DNA of 64,000 nucleotides from Candidatus Eiseniibacteriota bacterium (GCA_963725865.1 CAVSAC010000009.1:40835-104834); one strand, 5' to 3'. Counted from the stretch's first letter, positions 1 to 12,822 are shown. The notes: generated by a model not told the origin, from the letters alone. Numbers and translations: made by a program.

Positions 1-1288
1 GAGCGGGTCGACCCAGAGCGCGTGCTGGTCGACGTGCGTCGGCCGCCGGTGACGTCGCCCAGCGTCGACGCCGCCGTCGATCGAGCTGCAGCAGCGACAC
101 GCCGCAGCGCGTAGACGTGGTCGGCGTTGAGCGGGTCACCACGACGTCGCCGAAGTACCAGACGAAGCCGCCGAATGCATTGCCGGTGAATGCTGCCCAC
201 GTCGCGCCTCGCCCACGTCGTCGCCGCCGTCGGTGCTGCGGTACAGCCCGAGCCCGACGTAGCCGCTGATCGCGCCCGTCGCCGATCTGCGCGTAGAGCG
301 TGCGACGGCCGCGAGGCGCGCGACCGCGAGCGCGATGCGGCCGACGTCGTCGCGCGGCACGGCGGCAGGCCGCCGATGATCCGCGTCCAGGTGGCGCCGC
401 GGTCGATGCTGCGCCAGATGCCGCAGTCGGGGCCGAGCGCGCGCCGGTACGGTGGCGCCGCACGCGCTCCCACGTCGCGCAGAACATCGTGTCGGGGTGC
501 ACCGGGTTGATCACGACGTCGGACACGCCGGTGCTGTCGTTCACGAACAGCACCTTGGTCCAGGTCGTGCCGCCGTCGAGCGTGCGGTAGAGGCCGCGGT
601 CGGGGCCGGTCGAGAACTGCCTTCCCATCGCCGCCACCAGCACGTGCATGGGATCGGCCGGGTCCACCGACGACGCGCGCGATGCGCCCGGTCGCGGCGA
701 GCCCGAGCGAGCTCGCCACGTGGCGCCGCCGTCGCGTCGAGCGCCAGAGCCCGTTGCCGTCGTAGGAGTCCACCGAGCCGTTCGACTCGCCGGTGCCGAC
801 GTAGAGCGATCGAGAGGGTTCGACGGGTCCACCGCGATCGCGCCGATCGAGAAGTCGCCGACCGAGTCGAAGATCGGGGTCCAGTTCGTGCCCGAGTTCA
901 CCGAGCGGAACACCCCGCCGTTCGCCGAGGCCAGGTAGACCACCCCGCCGCCCGGCGCCGACGCCAGCGCGGTGACGCGCCCGCCGATGTTGAACGGTCC
1001 CGCCTGCTGCCAGGTGAGCGGCGCCGCGCTCACCGACAGGCTCGCCAGCGCGCGGTCGAGCCGGCCCTGCTCCATCGCCGCGACCACCTTGTCCTGCGGG
1101 ATGGTCGGGAACGGGAACGCGCGCTGCATCCCGAACCAGTCGCTCGGATACGGGCCGCCGTCGCGCTCGCCGCCCCCGCGCTCCGCGCGGGCGCGGTCGA
1201 GCGCGGGGGCGTGCGGGTGGATCAGGAGGAAGGGGAGGGCGAGGCAGGTCAGGGCGAGGAGCGACAGGACGATGGGACGCAGGCGCAT
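1..1288 (-). CDS. Secreted BNR/VPS10-like beta-propeller protein (3' end outside window; frameshifted)
   Basis: Manual translation MRLRPIVLSLLAL (signal-like)...WQQAGPFNIGGRVTALA...GGVFRSVNSGTNWTP...GLYRSTDGG (Asp-box/BNR repeats); GGAG upstream of ATG at 1288; indels in 1-800. Confidence 0.75.
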   Translation of the reverse strand, partial: MRLRPIVLSLLALTCLALPFLLIHPHAPALDRARAERGGGERDGGPYPSDWFGMQRAFPFPTIPQDKVVAAMEQGRLDRALASLSVSAAPLTWQQAGPFNIGGRVTALASAPGGGVVYLASANGGVFRSVNSGTNWTPIFDSVGDFSIGAIAVDPSNPLDRSTSAPASRTARWTPTTATGSGARRDGGATWRARSGSPRPGASRASSVDPADPMHVLVAAMGRQFSTGPDRGLYRTLDGGTTWTKVLFVNDSTGVSDVVINPVHPDTMFCATWERVRRHRTGARSAPTAASGAASTAAPPGRGSSAACRRAARRRRPHRARGRAPRGRRTLYAQIGDGRDQRLRRARAVPQHRRRRRRGRGATWAAFTGNAFGGFVWYFGDVVVTRSTPTTSTRCGVSLLQLDRRRRRRWATSPAADARRPARALGRPA

Positions 1289-1473
1289 GGATGGCTCCGG
1301 GATATGCCGCGGTCAGGACGCCCATGAGTCTAGGGTGCGCCGCCTACCCAGGCAATGCCTGCCCGCGCCCGGGCCGGCGCCAGCGGCCCCGCCGCGCCCG
1401 GCGTTCGGCTATGCTGCACCCGAGCGAGTCCCTGGACCCCCCGGATCCGGACCGTCGCCTGGAGGTGGCTGCC

Positions 1474-1671
1474 ATGATGAAGAACATCGGCGGCATCGAT
1501 CGGTTGCTGCGCGCGATCGGGGGCGTGATCGCGATCTCCCTCGGTCTCTACCTCAAGACGTGGTGGGGTCTGATCGGCGTGCCGCTGCTGCTCACCGCGG
1601 CGATCGGCTGGTGCCCCGCCTATCTGCCGTTCCGCTTCTCGACCCGCGACACCAAGCCCGGGCCCCGCTGA
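1474..1671 (+). CDS. DUF2892 (YgaP-like) small membrane protein
   Basis: MMKNIGGIDRLLR...GWCPAYLPFRFST matches the N-G-DR / CP-Y pattern; GGAGGT RBS. Confidence 0.85.
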   Translation: MMKNIGGIDRLLRAIGGVIAISLGLYLKTWWGLIGVPLLLTAAIGWCPAYLPFRFSTRDTKPGPR

Positions 1672-1680
1672 GGCGCGGGC

Positions 1681-2883
1681 TCAGCGCGGGGGTGGCGGCG
1701 CGGCCGCCGGCGCCGCGTCGAGCTGGGCCAGCATCGGCAGCGTCGCGGCGAAGCCCCGCGAGCGCTCGGCGATCTGCGCCAGCGCCGCCGCGCGCTCGTC
1801 GCCCTCGAGCGGCACCGGACGGAACGGGTCGTCGGGCCAGCGGGTGTAGCGCAGCGGGATGACCTCGGCGGCGCTGACGCCGTCGCGGGACACGGTGAAG
1901 CGCGCCAGCCCCGAGAACGGGTCGCTGGGGTCCTTGATGCCGCCGTAGACGAAGTTGCCGAGCGAATGGTAGAGGGGTGCGCCCCGGTACCACTCCACGC
2001 CCTGGAAGCGATGCGGATGGGCGCCCAGCACGGCCTTGGCACCCAGGTCGACGCAGGTATGCGCGAGCTCCACCTGGTAGTCGCGCACCGCGTACGAGCC
2101 CTCCTTGCCCCAGTGGAAGAACGGGATCGCCACGTCGACCTGCGCCACCAGGCGCGCGACGTCCTCGCGCACCATGGCGCGGATGCAGTCCAGGTCGGTG
2201 TAGCAGCCCGCCACGCCCGCGGTCCAGCGCGTGGCGTAGAGCTCCTTGGGCTCGAACATGTCCTCGGCGATCTGGAAGTACCATCCGACGAAGCCCACCC
2301 GCACGCCGTTGCGCTCGACGATGCACGGCACGCGCGCCGCGTCCATGCTCGGCCCGGCGCCGAAGTGGGCGATCCCGGCGCCGTCGAGGGTGGCGAGCGT
2401 GTCGGCGACGCCCACGTGCCCGTAGTCCTTGAGGTGGTTGTTGGCGCACGACACCACGTCGACTCCGCCCTGGCGCAGCACCTCCACCAGCTCGGGCCGC
2501 GCGCGGAAGTTGAAGTTCTTGTGCACCCGGGTGCCGCGGTCGGTGAATGGGCACTCGAGGTTCACCACCGCAAGGTCGGCGGGCTCCAGCAGCGCGTGCA
2601 CCCCCGAGAAGTAGCGCGCCTCGAGCTCGGCGCGCGGGGCGCCCTCCGCGAGCAGGCGGTCGAAGTGCGCCTGCAGGTTGTAGCCGAGCGTGGTGTCGCC
2701 GCCGGCGACCACGGTGATCGCGGGGCCACCCGCGGCGCGCGTGCCCGCCGAGTCGGCGGGCGCGGGCGTGGCGAGCGAGTCCGCAGGCGCCTGAGCGGCG
2801 GCGCGGCGGGCCAGCGCGGAAGTGCCGAGGGCGAGTCCGGCGAGGGTCGCGGCGCCGCCGCGGAGGAAGGTCCGTCGCTTCAT
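1681..2883 (-). CDS. CapA/PgsA-family metallophosphatase-like protein with Tat signal
   Basis: MKRRTFLRGG twin-Arg; GD, NLECP, ANNHLKDYG, HWG, GAHPH, SLGNF motifs. Confidence 0.85.
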   Translation of the reverse strand: MKRRTFLRGGAATLAGLALGTSALARRAAAQAPADSLATPAPADSAGTRAAGGPAITVVAGGDTTLGYNLQAHFDRLLAEGAPRAELEARYFSGVHALLEPADLAVVNLECPFTDRGTRVHKNFNFRARPELVEVLRQGGVDVVSCANNHLKDYGHVGVADTLATLDGAGIAHFGAGPSMDAARVPCIVERNGVRVGFVGWYFQIAEDMFEPKELYATRWTAGVAGCYTDLDCIRAMVREDVARLVAQVDVAIPFFHWGKEGSYAVRDYQVELAHTCVDLGAKAVLGAHPHRFQGVEWYRGAPLYHSLGNFVYGGIKDPSDPFSGLARFTVSRDGVSAAEVIPLRYTRWPDDPFRPVPLEGDERAAALAQIAERSRGFAATLPMLAQLDAAPAAAPPPPR

Positions 2884-2985
2884 GACGCGGGATTCAATCA
2901 CACCGGCGGCGGTGGGGCGAGGGCCGGGGGCGTCCGCGCGTTGACATCCACGCCGGCTGCCCACACCCTGCGCCGTGGAATCGCC

Positions 2986-3967
2986 ATGGATACCCCACTT
3001 CTCGAAGTCGATCGCGTCTCCAAGCGCTTCGGCGACCTGCGGGCGGTCACGGAGCTCTCGTTCACGGTGCGCCGGGGCGAGGTCTTCGGCTTCCTGGGGC
3101 CGAACGGCGCCGGCAAGACCACCACGCTGCGCATGATCCTCGACATCACCCGCCCGGATGCGGGCGAGGTCCGCTTCGAGCGACGGCCCGGCATCGACCG
3201 CGCGCGCTCCGGCTACCTGCCCGAGGAACGCGGGCTGTTCGAGGACATGCCGGTGCTCGACACCCTGGTCTACCTCGGGGCGCTGCGCGGCATGAGCACG
3301 CGCGATGCGCGTGACGCGGCGCGGGCGTGGCTCGAGCGCGTCGGGCTCACCGACCGCGCTGCCGAGAAGGTGAACGCCCTCTCGAAGGGCAACCAGCAGA
3401 AGGTCCAGTTCGGCGGCGCCGTGATCCACCGCCCCGCGCTGGTGGTGCTCGACGAACCGTTCTCGGGGCTCGATCCGCTCAACCAGGACCTGTTCCTCGG
3501 CCTCATGCGCGAGCTGCGCGATGCCGGCACCGCGGTGCTGCTCTCGGCCCACCACCTCGACCTGGTCGAGCGCCTCGCGGACCGCTTCCTGCTGATCGCG
3601 CGCGGGCGCGCGCTGCTGGCGGGGACCCTGGAGGAGATCCGTCGCGCGGTGAGCGGTGGCAGCGGGGCGGCGCTCGTGATCGGAGCTGGCAGCGCGCGAC
3701 GGCCAGGCCCCTTCCCGGGAGTCGCTCGCGGTCGCGCTCGACCGCGCCGCGCCGGGTGCGTCCTGGACGTTGCATCACGACGAGCGCGGCGAGGCCGAGG
3801 TCGAGGTGCTGCTGCCGGAGGGCGCCGAGCTCAATGGTGTGCTCGGGGCGCTCGCCGAGCGCCACGTGCTGCACCGCGTCGAGTCGCGCCCGCTGCCGCT
3901 CCACGACCTCTATCTGCGCGCGGTGCGCGCGGACCTGGGCGCCGAGCCCGCGCAGGCGCCCCGATGA
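2986..3967 (+). CDS. ABC transporter ATP-binding protein (frameshift near 3690-3780)
   Basis: GPNGAGKTT, LSKGN, LDEPFSGLDP; C-terminus continues in ORF 3770..3967; ATGA overlap with the permease. Confidence 0.85.
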
Positions 3968-5182
3968 CCGGGCGCAGCGCCTGGGTCCCGGTCGCCCGCT
4001 GGGAGCTGTTCCGGATCCTGCGCCGGGCGGACTTCGTCGTCTCGGTGCTGCTCACCCCGCTCATCACCCTCGGGGCGATCTGGCTCGGCGGCGCTCTGCG
4101 CGGCGGACCCGCGAAGGTGGCGGTGGTCTGGCTCGCGCCCTCCGGCGCGGCGCTCCCCGCCGCCGCATCGCCAGCGCTGCCCGCGCGCGCCCGCGTGATC
4201 TGGCGCCCCGCGCCCGCGACCGGCGCCGATCGCGAGGCGCTCATGCGCGAGATCGTGGCGAAGCGTCTCGATGGCGCGGTCGTCGTGCCGTCCGGCTACG
4301 CCGGCGGCGACTCCATCGACGTGCTCTCACGCCGCGCCAGCCCACGCTGGGGACGCGAGGTCGGCTCCGCGCTGCTGGTGCGCGCGCACGAGGCGCGCGC
4401 CGCCGAGCTCGGGATCCCAGTCGCGGATCTCGAGGCGCTCGATCGTCCCCTCGCGCTGCGGGAGCGGACCGCGGTGGCGCCGCGCCCGGGCGGCACGCGC
4501 GCCGAGCGCGTCGCGGTGCTCGCGCTGCTGACCCTGATGATGGCGGTGCAATTCTCGACCATCTCGTATCTCATGATCGGGATCAGCGGCGAGAAGCAGG
4601 CCCGCGTCACCGAGGTGGTGGTCTCGGCGGTGCCGGCGCAGGCCTGGATGGACGGCAAGCTGGTCGCGTTCACCGTCGTCGGGCTCATCATGGCGGTGGT
4701 GTGGGCGGGCTCGGCGATCGCCGCCGCCGTGCTGCTCCGCCTGCCCCTGCCCGGTCTGGTGCGCCCGCTGCCGCTGCTCCTCACGCTGGCGTACACGACC
4801 CTCGGGCTCTACCTGTACAACGCGCTGTTCGCCGCGCTCATGGCCACCCTGCAGGGCCTCCAGTCCACCGCCAAGTTCCAGGGTTACTTCTTCATGCTCC
4901 CGTTCGTCCCGTTCTTCTTCATCGGACCGCTCATGGAGGATCCGGATGCCGGCTGGATGGCGGTCCTCTCGCTGGTGCCGCTGTTCTCGTCGAGCCTGAT
5001 CCCGGCGCGGCTCGCCTCGGGCACGGTGCCGGCATGGGAGGTCGGCGCTCGGACTGGCGCTGCTGGCGCTCGCGTGCTGGGGGATGCGCGGGGTGGCGGG
5101 GCGCATCTTCCGTGTCGGCATGCTGCTCTACGGCAAGGACGTCACGCTGCCCGAGATCGTGCGCTGGGGACGCGAGGGATGA
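3964..5182 (+). CDS. ABC-2 type permease (frameshift near 5050)
   Basis: ISGEKQARVTEVVVS..GK motif, multiple TM helices, C-terminal FRVGMLLYGK in an alternate frame. Confidence 0.8.
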
Positions 5183-6535
<1,353 letters not shown>

Positions 6536-6572
6536 ACCTGCCGTCTTCCCCGAGCGGGCCTTCGCCGTCGCG

Positions 6573-7374
6573 CTAGCGGGGGGCGCCCGGCGCGGGCGGG
6601 CGCAGCGAGGCGGCGAACTGCGACTCGACCTCGCTCATGTCCTCGGCCGCGAAGTAGGCCACCACCTGCTCGCGCATCCCGGGCCGCGTGTACACGTCGG
6701 CCCGCGGGTGCTCGATCACGTCGGCGATCACCTCGGCCACCTCCTCGACCGGCTGCGCGCCGGGCAGCGCGCGCGAGTCGAGGCCGCCGCCGAGCGCGTT
6801 CACGCCGAACTCGGTCGCGACCACGCCCGGGCGACACGGTCGAGACGTGGATGTCCGGAGTGCTCGCGCAGCTCCATGCGCAGGTTCGCGGTGAGCGCGT
6901 TGAGCGCGTGCTTGGCGGCGCTGTAGGCCGAGCGGACGGCGCGAACGGCACGCGCCCGAGCATCGACGAGACGTTGATGATGTGGCCGCGCGCCGCGCTC
7001 CTTGAAGTGCGGCAGCACGGCCTGCATGCCGTAGAGCGCGGACTTCACGTTGACGAGCATCATCTCGTCGAGGTCGTCGTCGGTGAGCTCCGAGACCGGG
7101 CGCGTGATGCCGCGCCCGGCGTTGTTGACCCACACGTCGATGCGGCCGAAGCGCGCGAGCGCCGCGTCGAGCGACGCGCTCCACGTCGGCGCGCCGCGTG
7201 ACGTCGGCGACCACCGCCAGCGCATCGGGGCCCGACCGCGCCGCGACCGCGCGCAGCTCCGCCGCGCGGCGCGCGACCAGCACCGACGCGGGCGCCGCGG
7301 CTGCCCGCCAGCCGCGCCAGCGCCGCGCCGATGCCGGCGCTCGCGCCCGTGATGACGATGACCTTGTCCTTCAT
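6573..7374 (-). CDS. SDR family oxidoreductase (frameshifted)
   Basis: [20 protein letters not shown]. Confidence 0.85.
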
Positions 7375-7534
7375 GTTCGGTGGTCCTCGGGGGTTGGAGA
7401 CGGGGCGGGGATCCGGCGGCGTCCGCGTCCGCGGCGGACCCTCACGCGCGCGGCGTCACGTGCGGCGCCGCCGCAGGATACACCGGGGCGCCGGGAGGGT
7501 CGCTTCCCCGTCGGCCACCGGCCGCTCCGGCGAC

Positions 7535-7562
7535 GGAGGCCCGGGCGGATGCCCGGGCCTCC
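7535..7562. terminator. 12-bp stem-loop downstream of the cytochrome-porin gene
   Basis: ggaggcccgggc-ggat-gcccgggcctcc; no U-tract. Confidence 0.45.
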
Positions 7563-7587
7563 ATGACGCCGCGCGGTGCGCGAGGGC

Positions 7588-8793
7588 TCAGTAGCCGACC
7601 CAGGCGAACAGCTGCACCTGGTCGCTGATCGGGCCGCGGATGTTGTCCGAGCCGTGCGCCCAGTCGAGGCCGAAGCGCGCGTTCGGATTGACGTAGTAGG
7701 CCAGGTTCACCGTGCCGAGGCTGAGGTCTTGCACGCTGGTCGCGCCGTGCGACTTCGGCACGTACTCGTGCTCGTAGCGCGCGGTCAGCACCCAGCGCGA
7801 GTCCTTGTCGAGCAGGCAGGTGGCTTCGAGCATCCCGATGTGCGAGACGTCCGAGACGCCGTCCGGCTGGTCCTGGAGCTTGTCGTAGGTGTACCCCGGG
7901 ATGAGCACCACGCGCCCGCGGTCGATGTACGCGCTGAGATCGCCCTGCACGTGCTGCGAGGACGTGCCGTCGAGCGTGCGCGGATCCTGGCGGTCGAGGT
8001 AGACGCGCGCCGTGTACATGTAGGCGCCCGCCTCGCGCATCACCCAGAGGTAGACGTTCTCGAGCTGGTTGAAGTTCTTCGTGTCCGGCCGGTGGACCAG
8101 CACGCTGTCGAAGCTGCGGCTGCTGTTGATGAGCCCGAGCGCGTACGACCAGTCCGACTTCACGCCGTTGAGCTCGAATCCCGCCGCCCCCAGCGTGACG
8201 CGGTCGTTCAGGTAGCCGGTCAGCGTGGTCTTGCGCGAGTCGGCGAGGTACGGGATGTCGGCGTCGTAGATGCCGGCCTTGACGTTGAGCGCGCCGTCCT
8301 TGCTGACGTCGTCGAGCTGCACGAACGCCATGCCGCTCTGCAGCGGACCCCCCGCGCCGGCGAAGTTGTTGTCGAAGTGGAACGAGACGCGCTCGGCCAG
8401 CGTGCCGGCGGTGTGGAACTCCACCTGGTTCTGCTGGAAGCCGCCCACCGTGCTGCGCTCGCGCGATGACCCGCCGACGTCGGTCGCGGTGGAGTTCATC
8501 GCGTAGCCCACGTTGCCCACCAGCGAGATCGGGAACGCCTTGTTGGTGCTGTCCCACGGGGAGCTGCCCGGGTCGCCTACCATGCGGTAGCCGTTCTGCT
8601 TGAAGTGCATGCCGAAGACGTTGAGGCGCGGCGCCGCGAGGTGACACGAGGAGCAGGGCATGCCGTACCGGCGTGCGAACAGCGGCAGCGCCGAGGACGG
8701 CGGGGCGAGCGCGGCGAGCGCGGTGAGGGCGAGTACGCTCGCGACCAGGGACGGGAATGCGCGTGTTCGGACCATTTCGCGTACCCACGACAT
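7588..8793 (-). CDS. Cyc2-like monoheme cytochrome c fused to an outer-membrane beta-barrel
   Basis: Signal peptide, then ALPLFARRYGMPCSSCHLAAPRLNVFGMHFKQNGY; amphipathic beta-strands; terminal aromatic FAWVGY; GGAGGAG RBS. Confidence 0.75.
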   Translation of the reverse strand: MSWVREMVRTRAFPSLVASVLALTALAALAPPSSALPLFARRYGMPCSSCHLAAPRLNVFGMHFKQNGYRMVGDPGSSPWDSTNKAFPISLVGNVGYAMNSTATDVGGSSRERSTVGGFQQNQVEFHTAGTLAERVSFHFDNNFAGAGGPLQSGMAFVQLDDVSKDGALNVKAGIYDADIPYLADSRKTTLTGYLNDRVTLGAAGFELNGVKSDWSYALGLINSSRSFDSVLVHRPDTKNFNQLENVYLWVMREAGAYMYTARVYLDRQDPRTLDGTSSQHVQGDLSAYIDRGRVVLIPGYTYDKLQDQPDGVSDVSHIGMLEATCLLDKDSRWVLTARYEHEYVPKSHGATSVQDLSLGTVNLAYYVNPNARFGLDWAHGSDNIRGPISDQVQLFAWVGY

Positions 8794-8971
8794 CGGGAGA
8801 CTCCTCCGGACTATGGTGGAGTGTGGCCGGAGGGCGTGGAGGATCGATGGGGCCACCCACTCGCGCGGACCGGTCGCGAAGACCGCGGCCAGAGTGTTGT
8901 CGGAAACCGAACAGGCGGAGACTCAGCAGGCTGTCGCGCACCGGCGGTGATCGGTCTCGCAGCCGCCCCGC

Positions 8972-9228
8972 TCAACCGCGCGCCAGCCGCCAGTCCTTGA
9001 CCAGACGCTCGACCATGGCCTCGATGCGGCGCGCGCGCGTCTCGGGGCGCTTGGCGTCGGTGATGTAGCGCACCAGCTGGCGGCGGTGGGAGGCGGCCAT
9101 GCGGTGAACATCGCCTTCGCCGGCTTGGAGCCGCGCAGCGCCCGCGCCAGGTCGGCCGGCACGTACACCCGGGGCGGCCGCCCCGCGGCGGGGCGCCGCT
9201 GGCCCGCCGATCTCGCTTTCGTCGCCAT
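8972..9228 (-). CDS. YdeI/OmpD-associated family protein (frameshift near 9095)
   Basis: VPADLARAL...PPSHRRQLVRYITDAKRPETRARRI. Confidence 0.75.
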
Positions 9229-9248
9229 CGTCTCTCCGCGTGAGGGGT

Positions 9249-9653
9249 TCAGCGGTTCGCCACCCGGACCACCAGCTTCAGCGCGCTGAGGCGCTCGTCG
9301 AACGCGATCACCTTGATGTCCACCATGCCCAGCGCCAGCGCGGCGGCGCGCACCACGTCTTCCTTGATGTGCGGCTGGCCCTTGGGCCAGACCGCCCACA
9401 CCGCCGCGTCGCGACGCAGGGTCTTCTCGATGGTGGCGAGGCGTCGCAGCCCCGCGGGGCTCTCCACCATCAGGAACACCAGGTCGGTCTCGCGCCGCAC
9501 CCGGGCGGTCGCGATGTCGGCGGCGCGCGTCTGCAGCTCGGCGACGAAGCCGGGATCCATCAGCCCGAGCACCGCGACGCGCGCGCCGGGCTTGACGCCC
9601 AGCTTGTCGAGGCGGCTGCGCTTCGAGTAGCCCGCGGGCGGCGCGGGACTCAT
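9249..9653 (-). CDS. DUF3052-like protein
   Basis: GYS..RLDKLGVKPG, WAVWPKG, IKEDVVR, GMVDIKV, SALKLV. Confidence 0.75.
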   Translation of the reverse strand: MSPAPPAGYSKRSRLDKLGVKPGARVAVLGLMDPGFVAELQTRAADIATARVRRETDLVFLMVESPAGLRRLATIEKTLRRDAAVWAVWPKGQPHIKEDVVRAAALALGMVDIKVIAFDERLSALKLVVRVANR

Positions 9654-9840
9654 CGCGCGCACCCGGCGCCAGCGCCGCTCCGCGCGATCGCCGTCGGAGG
9701 CGAGCAGGCGATCCGACCGCGACCGCGGTGCGTGGTCGTACGACCCACCATGACCGGTGCGACAGGTTCCATGCCCTACGGAGTATCAGATGGCGGCGCT
9801 GGAATCCACACAAGGTTGCATCGGCGTCGCGGAAAGACGC

Positions 9841-11124
9841 TCACGCGCCGTGGCGCGCGAGTGAACGTGCGAGCGGCGCGCGCAGCCGGGCGGGCGTCAC
9901 GCGGCCGAGCGTGACGCGCGGGGTGCCACCCGCCGCGGCCAGCGAGGCGAGCGCGTCGGCGAGGCCGTCGAGGGCGGCGTCCACGTCGAGCGCGCCCCAG
10001 CGACGGTGCGGCGTGCCGGCGCCATCCCCCAGCCAGGGCTCGAAGCGCACCCGGCGCGCCTCGAGCCGGCCGGTCTCGCGCACCCGGCGCACGTCGACGC
10101 GCCCGATCAGCCGGCCGTCGTGGAGCACCGGCAGCACGTAGTAGCCGAACACCCGCTTCGGCTCGGGCACGTACACCTCGATGCGGTAGTCGAAGCCGAA
10201 CAGCCGGCTGACGCGGTCCCGGTGCCACAGCAGCGAGTCGAACGGCGACAGCAGCGTGGTGCCGCGCGAGGCCACGCGCCGCCGCGCGGCGCGCTCGAGC
10301 GCCGGCAGGTCGCGCGTCAGCACGAACCACGGCCCGCGCGCGCCCTCGACCGCGATCTCGTTCACCAGGCCCTCGCGCACCGCGGCCCGCAGCGCGGCGT
10401 GGTGGGTGGCCACCGGCACGCGCGGGTAGGTCAGGTAGAGGCGCAGGTCGGTCGCGGTCGCCGCGCCCATGGCGTGGAGCGAGCGCTCGAGGTGCCAGCG
10501 CCGGAACGCGGCGGGCTCGAGCGGCTCGAGCGCGGCCAGCTCCGGAAGCACCCGCTCGGCGACGTCGTAGCGCTTGTGGAAGTTGGCGCGCGAGTGCACC
10601 AGCACCCGGCCGCGCATCCACAGCACGTGGAGCGCGTGCTGGGCCGGCTTCCAGTCCCACCAGCCGCCCGCCGCCGCCGGCCGGGCGTGCTCGAAGTCCG
10701 CGCTGGCGAGCGGGCCGCGGTCGCGGATCGCGTCCTCGACCACGCGCATGGTCGCGCCGTTCTGCTGCAGCCACGAGGTCCAGCCGGTGCTGTGGCCGCC
10801 GTAGTCGAGCATGGCGCGCTTCCACGCCGGCAGGTGCTCGCGCGGCACCAGGCAGGCGGCGTGGGCCCAGTACTCGAGCAGCACGCGGCGGCGGTAGATC
10901 AGGCGCTCGAGCGCGGCGCGGTCGAAAGCGCCGAAGCGGCTCCACAGCGTGATGAGGTGCGCGCGGTCGACGGCGTTGATGGAGTCGATCTGGATGCCGC
11001 CGGTGTCGCGGGCGAGGCGCTCCAGCGAGGCGGCGGTGAGCCGGCGCGTGCGCGGCCGGTCGAGGTGCTGGCGCTCGAGGAACAGCGCGGCCACGGCGGA
11101 GCGGGGAAAGGTGGGCGGGGTCAC
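9841..11124 (-). CDS. ycaQ: YcaQ-like (HTH_42) DNA crosslink repair glycosylase
   Basis: IQIDSINAV (QxD motif), [46 protein letters not shown] start inferred. Confidence 0.85.
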   Translation of the reverse strand: MTPPTFPRSAVAALFLERQHLDRPRTRRLTAASLERLARDTGGIQIDSINAVDRAHLITLWSRFGAFDRAALERLIYRRRVLLEYWAHAACLVPREHLPAWKRAMLDYGGHSTGWTSWLQQNGATMRVVEDAIRDRGPLASADFEHARPAAAGGWWDWKPAQHALHVLWMRGRVLVHSRANFHKRYDVAERVLPELAALEPLEPAAFRRWHLERSLHAMGAATATDLRLYLTYPRVPVATHHAALRAAVREGLVNEIAVEGARGPWFVLTRDLPALERAARRRVASRGTTLLSPFDSLLWHRDRVSRLFGFDYRIEVYVPEPKRVFGYYVLPVLHDGRLIGRVDVRRVRETGRLEARRVRFEPWLGDGAGTPHRRWGALDVDAALDGLADALASLAAAGGTPRVTLGRVTPARLRAPLARSLARHGA

Positions 11125-11369
11125 GTCGCCAGCCTGCCCGCTCGCGCGTCCGCCCGCAAGCGCCTGGGAGAGCGGCCGCGGCGCGCCCCGGCGCCCCGCG
11201 CGTCGCCGCCGTGGCCGGCGCCGGTCGCGGACGCACCGACCCGCGCCCGGATCCTTCACCCAGCGCCGTGTCTCCCTCGGGGTGGAACCACACCACGGAG
11301 CGCGGCGCCCGCGCCCCCGCGGGCCGGCCGCCGCGTCGTCGTACGGAGTCCCCCGACTCCCGCGGCCCC

Positions 11370-11397
11370 ACGCGCGCCCGAGCGATCGGGCGCGCGT
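11370..11397. terminator. 12-bp stem-loop just downstream of glcF
   Basis: acgcgcgcccga-gcga-tcgggcgcgcgt. Confidence 0.45.
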
Positions 11398-11402
11398 CGT
11401 GC

Positions 11403-12822
11403 TCAGTGCCCGGCGCCGGCGCGCGGCGGCGGGTATGCGCGCGCAAGCACGTCCACCAGGTGCACCATGCGCACGCGCGAGCCGCGCTCGCTGGCGCCGC
11501 GCTGCATGTGGAGCAGGCAGCCCGGGTTCGACGCCACCACCACCTCGGGGGCCACGCGCTCGATCGAGTCGAGCTTCCGGCGCAGCTGCGCGTCGGCCAT
11601 CGGCGGCGTGCGTGAGGTTGTAGACGCCGGCGCTGCCGCAGCACCAGTCGCTGTTCGGCAGGTCCACCAGCACCACGCCGGGCAGGGCGCGCAGCAGCGG
11701 GCGCGGCGCCTCGCGCACGCGCTGCGCGTGCGCGAGGTGGCAGGGGTCGTGATAGCCGACGCGCAGCGGCTGGCGCCGGATCGTGCGCCGACGACAGCGG
11801 CGCGCGCGGCCGGGCAGCCCGAGCTGCGACCAGCACCTCGGAGACGTCGCGCACCTGCGCCGAGAACGCCCGGCCTCCGTCGCCGCCGTCCTCGCCGAGC
11901 AGGTGGCCCATCTCGCGCAGCGCCGCGCCGCAGCCGGCGGAGTGCGACACCACGAAGTCGTAGCGCCCGGCGCGAACGCGCGCACGTTGCGGCGCGCCAG
12001 CGTCTTGGCCTCGTCGCGCGCCCGGCGTGCGCGTGCAGCGCGCCGCAGCAGCTCTGCGTCGCGCGGCCACGTGCACCTCGGCGCCGGCCAGCACCAGCAG
12101 CCGCACCGCCTCGTGGTTGGAGTGCGCGAACATCGTCTCCATGACGCACGTCGTGAAGAACGCCGACGCGCGCCCGGGCGCGGCCGGCGGGATGGAAGAC
12201 CAGCGCGTCGGCGCGCTGCTCCATGCGGCGCCCCCGCGGGCAGCGCCGCCGCCACGCGCTCGAGCGCGCGCTCGGCGCGCGGGGCGATCGCCGGCGTCAT
12301 CGCGAGGCCGCGGCGCGCGAAGCCCGGCAGCAGCCCGCGCGCGCCGGCGAAGCGCGTGACGCGCCGAGCGGCCCGGTCTGCGTCAGGCGCAGCAGGTCGG
12401 CGGCCAGGTGCATGCGCTCGCGGTCGGGGAACAGCGTGCGCAGCACCCACGAGCCCAGCACCCGCGCCGGCGCTGACGGCCGCACCCGGCGCTCGATCTG
12501 GCCGCGCGTGGCCTCGAGCATGCGCGCAGTAGGGCACGCCCGCCGGGCACACGGTCTCGCACGCGCGGCAGTCGAGGCAGTGGTCGAGGTGCGCCACCAG
12601 CGGATCGCTGGGCGCGATGCGGCCCTCGGCGAGGCCGCGCATCAGGTAGATGCGCCCGCGCGGCGAGTCGGGCTCGATCTTGAGCGTGCGGTAGGTCGGG
12701 CACGCGGTCAGGCACAGGCCGCAGTGGATGCAGGTGTCGAGGTCGAGGCGCGCCGGCGCGTCGTCGGCGTCGAACCAGGCGCCGGACGTGCGGCGGCGCG
12801 TCGGGTGCGGAGGGGTGCTCAC
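11403..12822 (-). CDS. glcF: Glycolate oxidase iron-sulfur subunit-like protein (frameshifted)
   Basis: [12 protein letters not shown] and [12 protein letters not shown] ferredoxin motifs, SPRGRI, two CCG domains ([23 protein letters not shown]). Confidence 0.85.

Noticed and set aside
11343..11357. 15-mer ACGGAGTCCCCCGAC also present at 44923-44937
   Set aside because: Not conserved in leader copy 2, and plausible by chance at this GC content
11125..11402. Several hairpins in the glcF-ycaQ gap as a possible riboswitch
   Set aside because: No recognisable aptamer motif; GC-rich hairpins are expected by chance
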